Below, one piece after another: positions 25,025 to 36,328 of a stretch of DNA of 50,390 nt. Position numbers and translations under genes: made by a program. Each line of letters starts with the position of its first letter. Position 1 is the first letter of the stretch. The DNA is taken from positions 1-50,390 of the forward strand of contig NW_021834270.1 of NCBI RefSeq assembly GCF_006345805.1. Reading direction: 5' to 3'. The notes beneath the pieces are model-generated. The model saw nothing but the letters and a program-made list of their open reading frames with translations. It did no database searches and was not told the origin of the DNA. Origin of the DNA: Octopus sinensis (lineage: Eukaryota).

Positions 25025-25469
25025 ATGCGTCTTATTGAATATAGCAATTTTAATCGTACACTGTATTGTGGAAATCTCTCTAGTGACGTAACGGAAAAAT
25101 TATTGCATGAACTTTTTTTACAAGTAAGTTTGTTAATAATTTTTTAAATAATTATTTTTGAATACATCGAAAAAAATTTAATGATAGGTAGGACCAGTTG
25201 AGACTGTTGTATTTCCAAACAATAAATTTGGGGGGAAACGCGACTTTTGTTTTATTTTATTTGAACACGAAGAATCAGTTGACTATGCAATCAACACGTT
25301 ATATGGGACGAAACTATTTGGAAATGAGTTGGTTCTGAGACATAAAGATGAAACAAATTTGAACATGAGTAACAGTACTGATCTTAGCAAGCGAGATTAT
25401 TTTTGCTCCGATCGGCAAACAAACTCACGCCATCAGCCTGATAATATGTTATCAAAGAAGTTTCTTTAA
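25025..25469 (+). CDS. RBM7: Single-RRM protein, RBM7/RBM11-like
   Basis: NRTLYCGNLSSDVTEKLLHELFLQ|VGPVETV..KRDFCFILFEHEESVDYAINTLYGTKLFGNEL, with one intron of about 64 nt. Confidence 0.75.
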
Positions 25470-25989
25470 TAAAATATGCCGTTATTTCTAATTATCCTTA
25501 AGCCATTTTTGACTATCGAACTTGTCTGATTAAATCTTTGTAGTGCAGATGACTTTATTATTTAAAGAAATAAAATTATTTTAATATGTAGAAAAGTGAC
25601 TTTATATATAATGAACTATGCAGAAAAATAGAATTAGAATGATTTTTTGGTCATATCTAAGTTTACAATCATGCTATTTGACATTTTTGGATTGACACTG
25701 ATTTGATCTACGCTCAGACGAAATGTTTATTAAAAAATGGCCATTATTCAATCTCATTTCTAAATATTGAACACGTTATTGGTGGATTTATTTTGGTGTA
25801 CAAAACTTATTTTAAGGGACAAAAGATCATTTTCGAAAAATACTAATTCTGTAAGGCCAGATCCATATAATTATAAAATACAAATTAAATGGAATATTTG
25901 GCTTTATGATTAAGTTAATTTTTAAAGAAAACGTTTTTTATTTGTTTAAAGTAAACTAAGAGAGAAGAGTATTTTTACGCAGATCGAAT

Positions 25990-26280
25990 TGTCAAGAAAT
26001 TTTCGCAAATAATAGATAAGGATACTCGTTGGGACAGCCAGTTACTCTCTCTGGGGTCACAAGTTCTTTTGGAGATGAGAGAACGCGGGACTTCAATCGA
26101 ATGTCGCTAGTCTCAACAGAAAGGAGAGTCAAAAAGAGGTTTTTGCTAATGACCAAGTATTTAGTAATATTCAGTTTTAGAGCTTTAGGATGCAAACCCG
26201 TAGAAGGAGGTAGAGTTAAACAATCCGATCATGTTGGTAGAACGAGAATGAACATCTTTCGGACATATTTACAGTAAATT
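25990..26280 (-). mobile_element. Highly degenerate LINE RT relic
   Basis: ALKLNITKYLVISK resembles the RT subdomain-6 motif L.IN..KTK.MVISK. No other motif is clear. Confidence 0.35.
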
Positions 26281-26888
26281 GTATCCTATTCCTTTTGGAA
26301 TTATTATTTCTTTTGAATTTTTAAGTTTAATTTGACCGGATCCCAAGAGCGGCCTCGGAATCTGAGAACTCAAAACTTCAGGAAAAATGAAAAGAACAGG
26401 ATTGATAAGATCGTGGGACTAGAGGAAAAGGCAAAGAAAGACGAGAGAATTGAGGTTTTACAAAACCGGATTCTAATTCTCAGAACCAGCAAGGTAGTTT
26501 AGCCTGTAACATGCCATCGGAGTGGAATTGAATGCTAGAGACAGAGCTAGGCCCTAGGGAAATTTGGAAATCGATTTTGGACAGGTTCTCAGGGGTAACG
26601 AAACAAAAAAAAGATTCAGGCAGAAAAATATGTTTGAGAATAAAAAGATAATTGGCGATAAAAAAAATTATTTTTTATTTGCTAAATAACTAATTTAATA
26701 TTAAACATCCGTCTTAAAATAATTAATTTTTTAATATTAAACATTTTGAATATAAATAATTGCTATTCAAAACACATTTTTTAATATAAAATTATCTAAG
26801 CGAATAAAATATTTATAATTTAATTACCATAGTGTTTTGTGAATTTCGATAAACTAACTTATTTTCGGCTAAAGAATACTCGTACAAA

Positions 26889-27754
26889 ATGACCAAGAAT
26901 AAATCTCAATTTTTGGTTCAGATTTCTATTATTAATTTGACAAATGTACCATTTATTAGTGGAAATATTTTCTGCAAAGTTCGTATGCTAAACAGTAAAA
27001 AGGCATTATGGTTTTCAAAAAGGTGATAAGTAATCAAACTAATTATAGATTAGAAACGGAGTTAGTTGCAACACAGTCGATTTTGATGAAAACTTTTCTT
27101 TTGAAGTACATATCGAATTTCACAATAAAACATTTGTCCTCAAGGATACATTCTTACGTATTTCTGTTCGAAAGGTTTACACTTGCTTAAAGTGCGTACA
27201 ATATTGATTACAAACATATGTGACCTCTAAGGAATTAAAAGGTGGGAAAAAATGCTTACGTCTTGGATACATTGACTTAAATTTGGCTAAATATGCAAGT
27301 ATGGGAAGCTTTGCGAAAAAAATTCTACTACAGCCTTACTCTCAAAAAGAATCCATTTCGAATTGTCTAATAAAAATTAATTTTGAAATTATTTGTATTC
27401 AAGGAAAACAATCATTTGAAAAGTATAATTTGAAACTATAATAAATTAGCCCATCCTCTCCGTCCATTGGATTTGATAATACATTATCATCCCATCCAAG
27501 TGATTTTCTAATTAATAAATGTATTATATATCTATAATAAATACAAGCTATGTCCGCATTACCTTCAATAGGATACCGGTCGCTTGATCACAGAAAAAAT
27601 ATTGGAATTAAAGCTGCTATAAACTCCTACTCTTCTGAAAATATGCTTACTCAAAAATCAAGACTTGATAATGAAATATTCATTGATTCAATCATAAATG
27701 AAACTAAGCATTTATGGGGTATTCTTTTATATATTAAATGCAGTTACCAAATAA
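26889..27754 (+). CDS. EEIG1: EEIG1/EHBP1 N-terminal C2 (NT-C2) protein, FAM102-like
   Basis: LTNVPFISGNIFCKVRML; LRISVRK|ELKGGK..RLGYIDLNLAKYA; C-terminal SRLDNEIFIDSII. Short introns. Confidence 0.88.
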
Positions 27755-28644
27755 CGCTATTGATTTTGTTTTAATATTTTTATTTTTTCATATTTGTTCA
27801 AAAATTATCTGAAAGTGTTTATGTAGCAAAAATAAAAATTAGAACTTTGTAAAACTTCTAGTGCTCGGTACACTTTTGGTCAACACTCAATTTTTAAGGA
27901 CATTCTGTTCTAGGACAAATATTGTCTTGCTCGCCATTATTTTTGTAAATTTTTTAGGTGAACTATTTTATCAATATTTCATGCGCAGATGCACTAAATT
28001 TATGTTAGTGAAAAACCTTCTACATGGAGAAGAACAAACGTCTATCGATGTTAAAAATTCGACAAATTATGGATCAAGTTGATAAGATCTATTTATCAAT
28101 TAGGAATTTGTGGAATTAAATGCCTCGATACTAAATTTAATTCTGTCACCATTGGAGGCAAAAATAAAGAATTTCTTATGAATTCCGGAGAAACATTAAA
28201 GATTTAAAAAAATTGAAACCATGTAATTTTAATTTATTTTACGGTAAATTTAATTTTAATCAAATTTAAACTTATAAATGCCACGAATGTTCACACGTAT
28301 ACCTTAATGATAAAGCTACTTACAAAAAAACTTAACATGGCGAGCATCTGCGTTAGACATTCTATCTTATTACACTTTTGACCCAAATTTTGATCCTGAT
28401 ATTCAGATGTTGCCGTTGGTAGCAAAAGACTTTAATAAACATGTAAAATATATCAAAAATAAAATTGAATTTATTTTATGACTTTTTTCAAAGTTGGTTA
28501 CAATAGGACTCTTTATAGTTGAAGAAATAATATCAAAAAACAAAATTAGAATTAAAAATTTTAAGAAAAAAAATTCCCAAATCTCAAATTAAAGAAAATT
28601 GTTAAACTTAATAGCAAAGTTTTTGTAATTTTGATTGATTTATT

Positions 28645-28770
28645 TTATTTATTTATTAGGACCAAAAACACTGTCAGGACCAAAAACACTGTCATAATCA
28701 TAATTAACTATTTCAGGTGATCCCAGTCTCTTTTAGAAACCTTTGCATCTTTTCTCTGTGTTCTATAGCG
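28645..28770 (-). mobile_element. 'GIT*' LINE family 3' end, copy 4 (very short), fused to an RTE fragment
   Basis: Alternative frame EHREKMQRFLKETGIT*. The 3' UTR holds an 18-bp tandem duplication GGACCAAAAACACTGTCA (28659-28694) and a (TAAA)n tail. Confidence 0.7.
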
Positions 28771-29540
28771 TATTGTCGGTAATGTTGTTCTTTGTCGGCC
28801 CCTATATGCCGTTTTATTTAATGAGCAGAAGTAGGATTCCATGTTCTGATTGGCCGGCGTCATTTCCGAGGCTCTTAGGACATGTCCAAAGAGCATCCAC
28901 TTCGTGGACGTCACTTTCTTTGCAATCTCGGATGTATGGGTGATTCTGTAGAGTTCATTATTGGTCATCTTTTTTGGCCAGTGAATTCCCAGGAGTAGTC
29001 GTAGTTGTTTTCTGTGGAAAGAGTTGAGCTGCTCCAGTTCTTTAGCGGTTAGGCCCCAGGTCCCCGCGTTGTAAAGCAAGATTGGTTCGACAAAGGAGTT
29101 GTACAGCCGAATTCGAAGGCGGGTTCCTATGTACTTGCGCCTCATCCAGATCGTCCACATTTTTTTGAAGGCTGCAACAGCCAGCACTTTTCTTCGAATA
29201 ACGTCCTCCGAGTCCCCAAGGAGAGATCCAACTTTCTTGCATGTTCTCCACTTCTCCTCGTTTCTCGTTCCCAGGCGGGATATGGTAGTTCTTTCCGTTT
29301 TGTCCGGGTTTATTACAAGGGACCAGTCCTTCAACGAATGAGGGATCACTTTTAATAAGTTTTCCAGTGAGTCCTGATCTCGGGAGACGAAATCAATATC
29401 GTCGGCGTAAATTACTTCCATCACGTTGGTAAAGCATCACGTTGATTGGAAGGAAACTGAAATCGGCCGATGATCTGGACGAACTGAGATACCTCGCACG
29501 TAACAGGGGAGCGTGGATACGACTAACAGAGCGTATCCTG
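28771..29540 (-). mobile_element. RTE-like LINE RT C-terminal half
   Basis: ORF 28708..29424: VIYADDIDF, LVINPDKTE, LGSLLG-like VGSLLGDSEDV, RLYNSFVEPILLYNAGTWGL and LFGHVLR. Confidence 0.88.
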
Positions 29541-29789
29541 AGTCGGATGGCAAAAGTGCAATCTTAATTAACTTTTTGATTCCGCGAGATTGCTTTAATA
29601 ATAATAATAGCGTATTGTCTAAGAGGTCGGGGATCCAGAACATGGACTTTTTCACGATTTCTTCTAGTCCCTTTGGTTGAATTTTTTCCCATGACATTCG
29701 CTAGGAGGTTTACAATCTCCATTTTGAATATTGTCGATTTTTTTGACATTTGTATATGCTAGATTGCTTCCCCATACTGTAAATCCGTA

Positions 29790-30680
29790 ACCAATTGTCG
29801 GTTTAATGACTCAAATAATCAATAATTAGTGGAATAATTTCTTTACAATTCCTTACTTGTACACGAGGAAACATTTCCATGTTTCCATTCGTGATATCTT
29901 TTTTCCATATTTTAATTTGTTAAATAAAAACGGCTATGCTGTCCGTACAACCCAACAAATTTTCGTTTCTTCTATTGATTCTGCTATTGAGAACATTGAG
30001 TTCATTAAAAATATCGGCAATCTTGCAACACCAACATTCATCATTAAGGAATTCAATAAAGTTATCCAACTTGTCTTATATACAAAACGAAAACAAGAGG
30101 TTCCATTCTTCCTGTAATATCTGAGCTTTCATGTACTTAAGAAGCAAACAATTAAGATTTTTTTATTAGCAAAAACAAACTGGTTTCGATGTCATCAGAT
30201 ATACCCTTGATCCTTATGCTCACAGAAGTATTTGAAATAAGAATTAAATCGAGCTCAGCGGCAGCAATTTCTCAAAGCATTATTTTCAGTACTTCTTTGC
30301 ATGTAGGAAAAAAAGTTTCCAAAAAGTGTGTGATTTAATATTTTTGCCACCAATCTCACCCACAGCATAGCTATGATGCTGTACTTTTTCGGTTATTTTG
30401 AATCTTTTGGAAAAATTAGATGCTTGAAATTTATTCTGGTCTAATTTCCTTATAAAATATTCTTTTTTTCATAGAAAGTTCAGGATGCTTGATGGAAAGA
30501 TGACGTTTAAGTTTTATTGGAACTAGTTTTTCACCGCAAGCAACACAAGTGGTATAGGCAATCCAACTCTCCAGTCCATGTGAAACTAAAGGAAATATAA
30601 CTATCTCGATACGATCTAACTTTAAGATATGCTTTGTCACAAGACTCCATTTAGACACGCACAAATTAAAATTCACGAGT
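29790..30680 (-). mobile_element. Decayed hAT (ZBED5/Buster-like) transposase remnant
   Basis: BED finger CVACGEKL..KLKRHLSIKHPEL; PTCKEVLKIML..ISNTSVSIRI..ISDDIE; W..KIADIFNELNVLN..GNMEMFP. Contains stops and an internal deletion. Confidence 0.75.
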
Positions 30681-31243
30681 TAATTAAAAAAAGAAATAAA
30701 TTCACAATATTTTGAACTTCGTCGAACCCAGGTTAGGAAACACTGATCTAAATTATAAATGAAATAAAAACCTAGCATTTCATGAATCGCTGTTAATTCT
30801 ACAAATACGTCTAGACTTTTCGAAGAGGATCTCGGTTTGACGAGCAATGCCGCCATGGAGATCTTATCGCATGGATTCTCCAAATTGGAGGTCAACCTTC
30901 CTAGCGTTTATTCGACTAAACTACAATAAAAAGAAACTATATGACAGGAGTAACTAAAGGACTTTTTACCTCAAATTAATTAAAAAATAATTAACTTTCT
31001 TTGATAATGGAAGAGTTTTTTTACTTTCTAAGATAATTAACTTTCTTGTTCTCTTTTGATCTTAAAAATTATGTGGTTGGCACAAGGAAAAATTAGGCAT
31101 TTAGGTACCCATGTCTTACAGGTAGTTCGTTTTTTTTAACTATTACAAATTGCAAATTAAAAATTTTCTGTAGATATTAATAATCGTCAATATCCAATTA
31201 CATTCATCGTTAAAATCTTAATATCAAATTATGTCTATCAATA

Positions 31244-31849
31244 TGTCGCGAGCCGAGCGCGCGACCGAGCGCTAGACGCGACTTTGACACCTAACAAGCC
31301 TGTCATCAACAAATATATTTATTAAATTATTTAAAATTTTAACATGATTTAAAATTAAAATTGAAATAACTTAAGTTTTCCATTGAATCCCATAAAATAA
31401 TTATAAGTAGATCTTAATAGAAAAAGTAAAATCAATGAATACTGAACGCTAATTTGGTTTAGGTTGTGAGGGGGGTAATAATTTGACAGATCTCATTGCT
31501 ATTTCTCGTTTCAATCTCTAAAATTAGGTCTTCTAATCAAAAATGAACTGTGCAGACAGGCTTGCTCCTTCAGAAGATTCTTGTTTTGACATTTTAATAA
31601 ATTATGAAGCATTTAGATTTTTTCTCATTATTCTAGAATATCAATTATAAATTTTAAAATATTATTTTTATTTACGAAATCGGTTTTAAAGCACATTCTG
31701 CTTTGGCATCGATTTTAATTTTTGTTATCGAATATATTCAAACCCAAATACCAGCATGGGTATTTGTCAATTTATAAATTGTTTGATTGATCGCATCTAG
31801 AAATTGAGTGGTCGCTCGCTGCGCTCGGTCGCTCGCTCGGCTCGCGACA
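31244..31849. mobile_element. 606-bp non-autonomous TIR element (MITE) with TG..CA ends and a 5-bp TSD
   Basis: 29-bp TIR TGTCGCGAGCCGAGCG(C/A)GCGACCGAGCGC with one mismatch. CAATA directly flanks both ends. Confidence 0.88.
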
Positions 31850-32559
31850 CAATATCCAATCATATCTATTTGTTAACATCAATAAGATCCCCCTGAAATC
31901 TTTTATTGGAATTTTTGCAGTTATATAATAATTAAAATCGGATCCTTAAGAATATTTATTATAAAATACTTAAATGCTCTGGCAACTTTACAAATTTTGC
32001 AGTCTTTTATAATCTGTTCAATAATTGGGCAGTTCACAGTAAAATGTAATTCACTGCGCTTATTATGAAGTTTTTTTATTCTTAATGACATTTTTGGTGA
32101 ATATCAAATATCAAGTTTTTATCTTTGTGGAAGAAGATAACCAATTTGTGTTTTTGGTTATTCTTGTTCTTTAGATGAAGACTGCGAGTTAGAAATGGTA
32201 AATATACCGATCATCAATTATTATAAACTTATCTTTTTTCATAAGTTTGTATTTTTAGATTTAGTTGTTAGTTCTTTAAGTATTACATTTAAAATTTTTT
32301 GGTATTTAGTATAATTTTTATGTAACCTAAAAATTAAAACTAAAATAACATCTTTTGGGAGAAACCATTTTTAATTAGCATAACGTTAAGCCCTTTCTTA
32401 TAATGAATTATTTACGTTTTTAATTAAATGTCAAGAAGGAAGGTCACTCCGTCGAGTGTGTAGGTCACCAGGGAACCATGCTAGTCGCAAGGCTAGGGGC
32501 ATGATATAATAAGTTAGGAATATAACGATTTTTGATCTTATCATTTAAGTTCTAAACTT

Positions 32560-34095
32560 TAAAAAATACAAGGGCTTGACCCTAGCATCTGAGAAAAGCA
32601 CCATTTCATGGATGCAGAGAAAGAGTCGTTGTGTGGCGTCGTACGCTTATGAAATGAGTGGTTATGCTATGGATCTCTCTAACAGCTTGAATTTACACTA
32701 CTTGGGAAGAATTGTCAACTACTTGGGAGTATTTCGACCACGTAGCAAATCAGAGGAAGAGAAGTGTGAGGATTCTTAAAAGCTTAATCAGGTTCCATCT
32801 GTATCCGGAAACGTACATCTACGTATACAGAACGTGTCTACAGCCAGTTCTCACATATGCTACAAGGGCTGGTTCAGCACGGATGAGAGTGATTAGTAAT
32901 CAATTTTTCAAATTTTTTCAAATTTATAGTAAAATTGTTGGATTCTAATCATCAAGCAACTGTAATAAAAAGGTGAATATTGTGCTATTATCGCCGATAG
33001 ATCATTGAGAAATTATTCATTAGATAAACATTCTTTCGCTCTTTTAATAAGCAAAGAATGTCCTTCTAAGGAAATGTATACTTGAATAAAATTTCACAGG
33101 TTTGTAGAATAGTAAGAAACAGCTTTAAGCCAGCTCCCCAATCTCGTAACTATTGGTTCGGGCAGGTATCAAATTTCTTTAGACAATTATCTATGAAAAT
33201 TGTTATTTAAATCAAATGCTTTGACATAAGCAATCGATTTATTGACTTCTAAATAATGTACGTTTTTTTAAGTGCACAATGCACTAAATGAGCAAAACAT
33301 GTGATATGGTATAGATTAGAATATAATAATTTGAGAGTACTTCCAGCAGAAATAATATATGGAGCAGTATCGGTAATAAGGAGAGAAAAATTGTTTCTTT
33401 TAACATTAATTTTCCGAATAGTGTCATCAATAATTTAACTCATGATAAAAGATTTCGTTTCTACAATTTATTAGGTAAAATTTTTGCGGATTTTCCTACG
33501 TTCCAACTAAACAATTAACAAATTCGGCTTTCAATAAGGAAAGAATGTACGTCCGACGAGATGATTACATTCTCATTCAGGGAAGGTAGGTCTCTTGTTT
33601 GGGACGTGACATGTGTGGATTGAATTTTTGACACGTGACAAAATTTTTGAAACAATAAATTGGATGAACAATATTCATTGTTTTGAATTTGTGGATATAT
33701 ATTTTTTGTGAAAAGTGCTTCTTTGTTTCCCTGTCTCACAAAAAATTGTTTTTGCAACTTACGGGCAACTTACATAATTAAAAAACGCATACCATTCGAT
33801 GTAATTAAAAATTCTTTGGGATATTTTTCACAAATATTTCTAGCTTTTTTTGAAATTAAAAGGCATATTTTTAGGAATATGTACATTATAATTCCGTTAA
33901 AGATTTGTTGCAATAAGACTTGGATATCACGCCGATTATTTTAATATGAAATACAACTTGACGGAAGGCTAGAAGGCTCACAAGAATCATCTGTGCCCAA
34001 CAACATCCAGATGGTCCTGGAGAAAAGTTGTATTGGGCAATTATAATTTGGGTTAACATGGATGTCTACGATGTCTTGTTTTTATCTCCTCGTTA
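32560..34095 (+). mobile_element. LINE family 2 copy split by about 1 kb that includes a CRE relic
   Basis: 32790-32895 and 33945-34090 are colinear with the 240-725 copy (YVYRTCLQPVLTY; QLDGRLEGSQESSVP). Confidence 0.72.
33480..33630 (+). mobile_element. CRE-clade RLE relic
   Basis: FREGRSLVWDVTCVD matches the CRE motif W..GR.LVWD.TC.D. Confidence 0.7.
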
Positions 34096-34490
34096 ATTAT
34101 TATTATTTAAACCAAACAAAATCACCGTCTTAACTATTAACTATCACGTTCAGGTGATTCCGACACTTCTCAACAGTCGAGCCATCTTTTTACGATGTTC
34201 CGACCGTGACCCCACACACTTTCTGTATGTACGGTGAATGGTTTGTGGTCCATTTCCACGATCCCCCCATTTGCCTCTACGAGAGACTCCAGTGTTCTAT
34301 GGACAATTTCCCTATCGGTATGGTCCTTCAGTAGGTTGATAGATCTTTCTTGAATTTTTTCGATTTTTAGCCGATTCGTTGCCGCCAGGTTACAGCCCCA
34401 AGCAGCACATGCATAGCCTATTGTTGGCTCGATATACTGCTTGTAAAGGGTCTCTACCCCTGGCGGATAAGTTCTCCCACAGTTCCAAAG
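34095..34490 (-). mobile_element. 'GIT*' LINE family 3' end, copy 5
   Basis: Open frame TLYKQYIEPTIGYACAAWG...SEHRKKMARLLRSVGIT*, with stem-loop and (TAA)n tail. Confidence 0.85.
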
Positions 34491-35044
34491 GAAGGCTTTT
34501 ACAAAATTGATCTTCTTTGAAAAACAGAGGAAAATGATTCTTCTTTGTTAATTTTTTGGTTTTTCTTAACAATAAAAACAATTCAATTTTTAAAAAATAA
34601 GTCAAAACTATTAAAAAATATTTTTAAATCAAGTCTTCTTCCTAACGTTGTTTGCCAAGTATATAAAGCAGAGATTTTATGTTACGAGTTTTCAAGCTTA
34701 TGATAAAATATACTATTAATTGGGAAAGTAGGTGTTCACATCATATATTTAGCATTTCCATATCTAAATGGATGTCGTAGGAAAATTATTGCAATAACAG
34801 TAATGAATAAGTTTAGTAAAGATGTTTTGAAAAATAAAATGCTTAGATATTTGTGACTTTTATAAGCATAAAATACTCACATCAAACACAATATTTACAT
34901 ATCGAGAACCACCAAAAGCAGGTTGCAAAGCTGAGCGATTTATAGTTAACAGATTCTCTTCAGTTGAATATAAATAAATTAATTTATTTATTCAAAAATA
35001 TTAATTTATTTAAATTATCATAATCGTTCTTTGTTGTTGACATC

Positions 35045-35499
35045 ATGAATTTAAAGAAAAGGATTTATGACTTAATTCGATACCATTTAGGATTGGTAGA
35101 ACCAATAAAATCTCTTAGTCGTGTAGAAGTTTACCCTCCTGACGTAATAACACATACCGGACAAGTATAAATGAATATTTTATTACAGCAATACGGAACC
35201 AAAGACTACAGAATGTCAAGATTTGTAAACAGAACTAAATTAGTTTATTACTATTAAATATAATTGCCAAGGTAAATAAAAATCCAGCCTCTGAAATGAT
35301 ATCACAAGTCCCTACAATTTATTGTCAGAGTCGAGTTGTCAGCTGTGATGGAGGCGGTGGGTCTTTAGGCCATCCGAGGATCTTCATTAACCTTGTTTAT
35401 ATTTTTAAATAATGTCTACTTAAGGATTCTGGTAAGGAATGTGTTTGTGGGTATTGTGGACTTCGTTATTATTATTCAACTAGCTCAACTAAAAACTAA
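35045..35499 (+). CDS. NDUFS6: Complex I accessory subunit NDUFS6 (zf-CHCC)
   Basis: ITHTGQ|QYGTKDYRMSRFVNR..|VNKN.ASEMISQVP..RVVSCDGGGGSLGHPRIFINL|DSGKECVCGYCGLRY, with introns of 24, 29 and 30 nt. Confidence 0.95.
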
Positions 35500-35646
35500 T
35501 TTTACTTAAATTAATTTTTCTGACTCTTTTTTTGTGTTTTTATTATTGTTAAGATAACGGGGATTTCATTAGTCGCTATTCCGTTGGAGGGTAACCATTG
35601 AAATGAGATTAAAGTAATCATAAAATTATGATTAATTAAATTTAAA

Positions 35647-36328
35647 TTAATCATTTATTATTAAATGAGATTGTATTAATCTTACTAAAGAATCAATGTC
35701 AGGACTTTCGGTATCATTTGAAATCACAAAGTCCCAATCTACACCTTCGTCCAATCCACACTCAGATTCTGAATCATCGACACCAAAAAATATTTTTTAA
35801 TTAATTTACCTGCGACAAAATTCCATCCACGAAGACGACGGGTGATTAAAGAAGCTTCAATACGGATTTTTTTAATTTTCATTTTACCAAAATATGTATC
35901 AAAAAACTCAATATCTGATTTCCTACGCGAATCGCAAATAACCCAAACAAAACAACAAGATTGTGGATCTATGGAAATGAGATTTTTTAAGTCAAACAGT
36001 TAAATAATTGTCGGGCAAAATATCCCGGGTCAGTCATTCTTTTATTTTCGCCCCAGCTGATCATAGCCTTTCTGTAGTTTTCTTTATACTCCGAACAAGT
36101 CAATAATTCTGAAAAATTAAGATTGTGAATCTATTTTAAAATGGTAAAAGTTTTTACTTTTGCATATTCTTTTTTTAATGGGCCAGATAATCTCATTATT
36201 GCAATTTTTGTTGGAAATCTAAATTTTAAGTTTATTTTTGTTTACCTTTGCTCTAACAATGATGCAATGTAGTCCTTTCCAGATTTTCTTTTTCCACTTA
36301 AAATTATTATCAGTTTAACATGGTCCAT
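35647..36328 (-). CDS. PMVK: Animal-type phosphomevalonate kinase
   Basis: LSGKRKSGKDY P-loop; RLSGPLKKEYA; YKENYRKAMISWGE.KR..DPGYF; VICDSRRKSDIEFF; RGWNF..GVDDSESECGLD. This gene is absent from the ORF track because of its four introns. Confidence 0.93.

Noticed and set aside
32430-32508. GC-rich double hairpin (CACTC/GAGTG; CTAGTC-GCAA-GGCTAG) as an RNase P, SRP or hammerhead RNA
   Set aside because: Only a partial GGAAGGTC match is present, with no CR-V, SRP helix-8 or CUGAUGA/GAAA core. It is probably transposon-derived. An Rfam scan would settle it.
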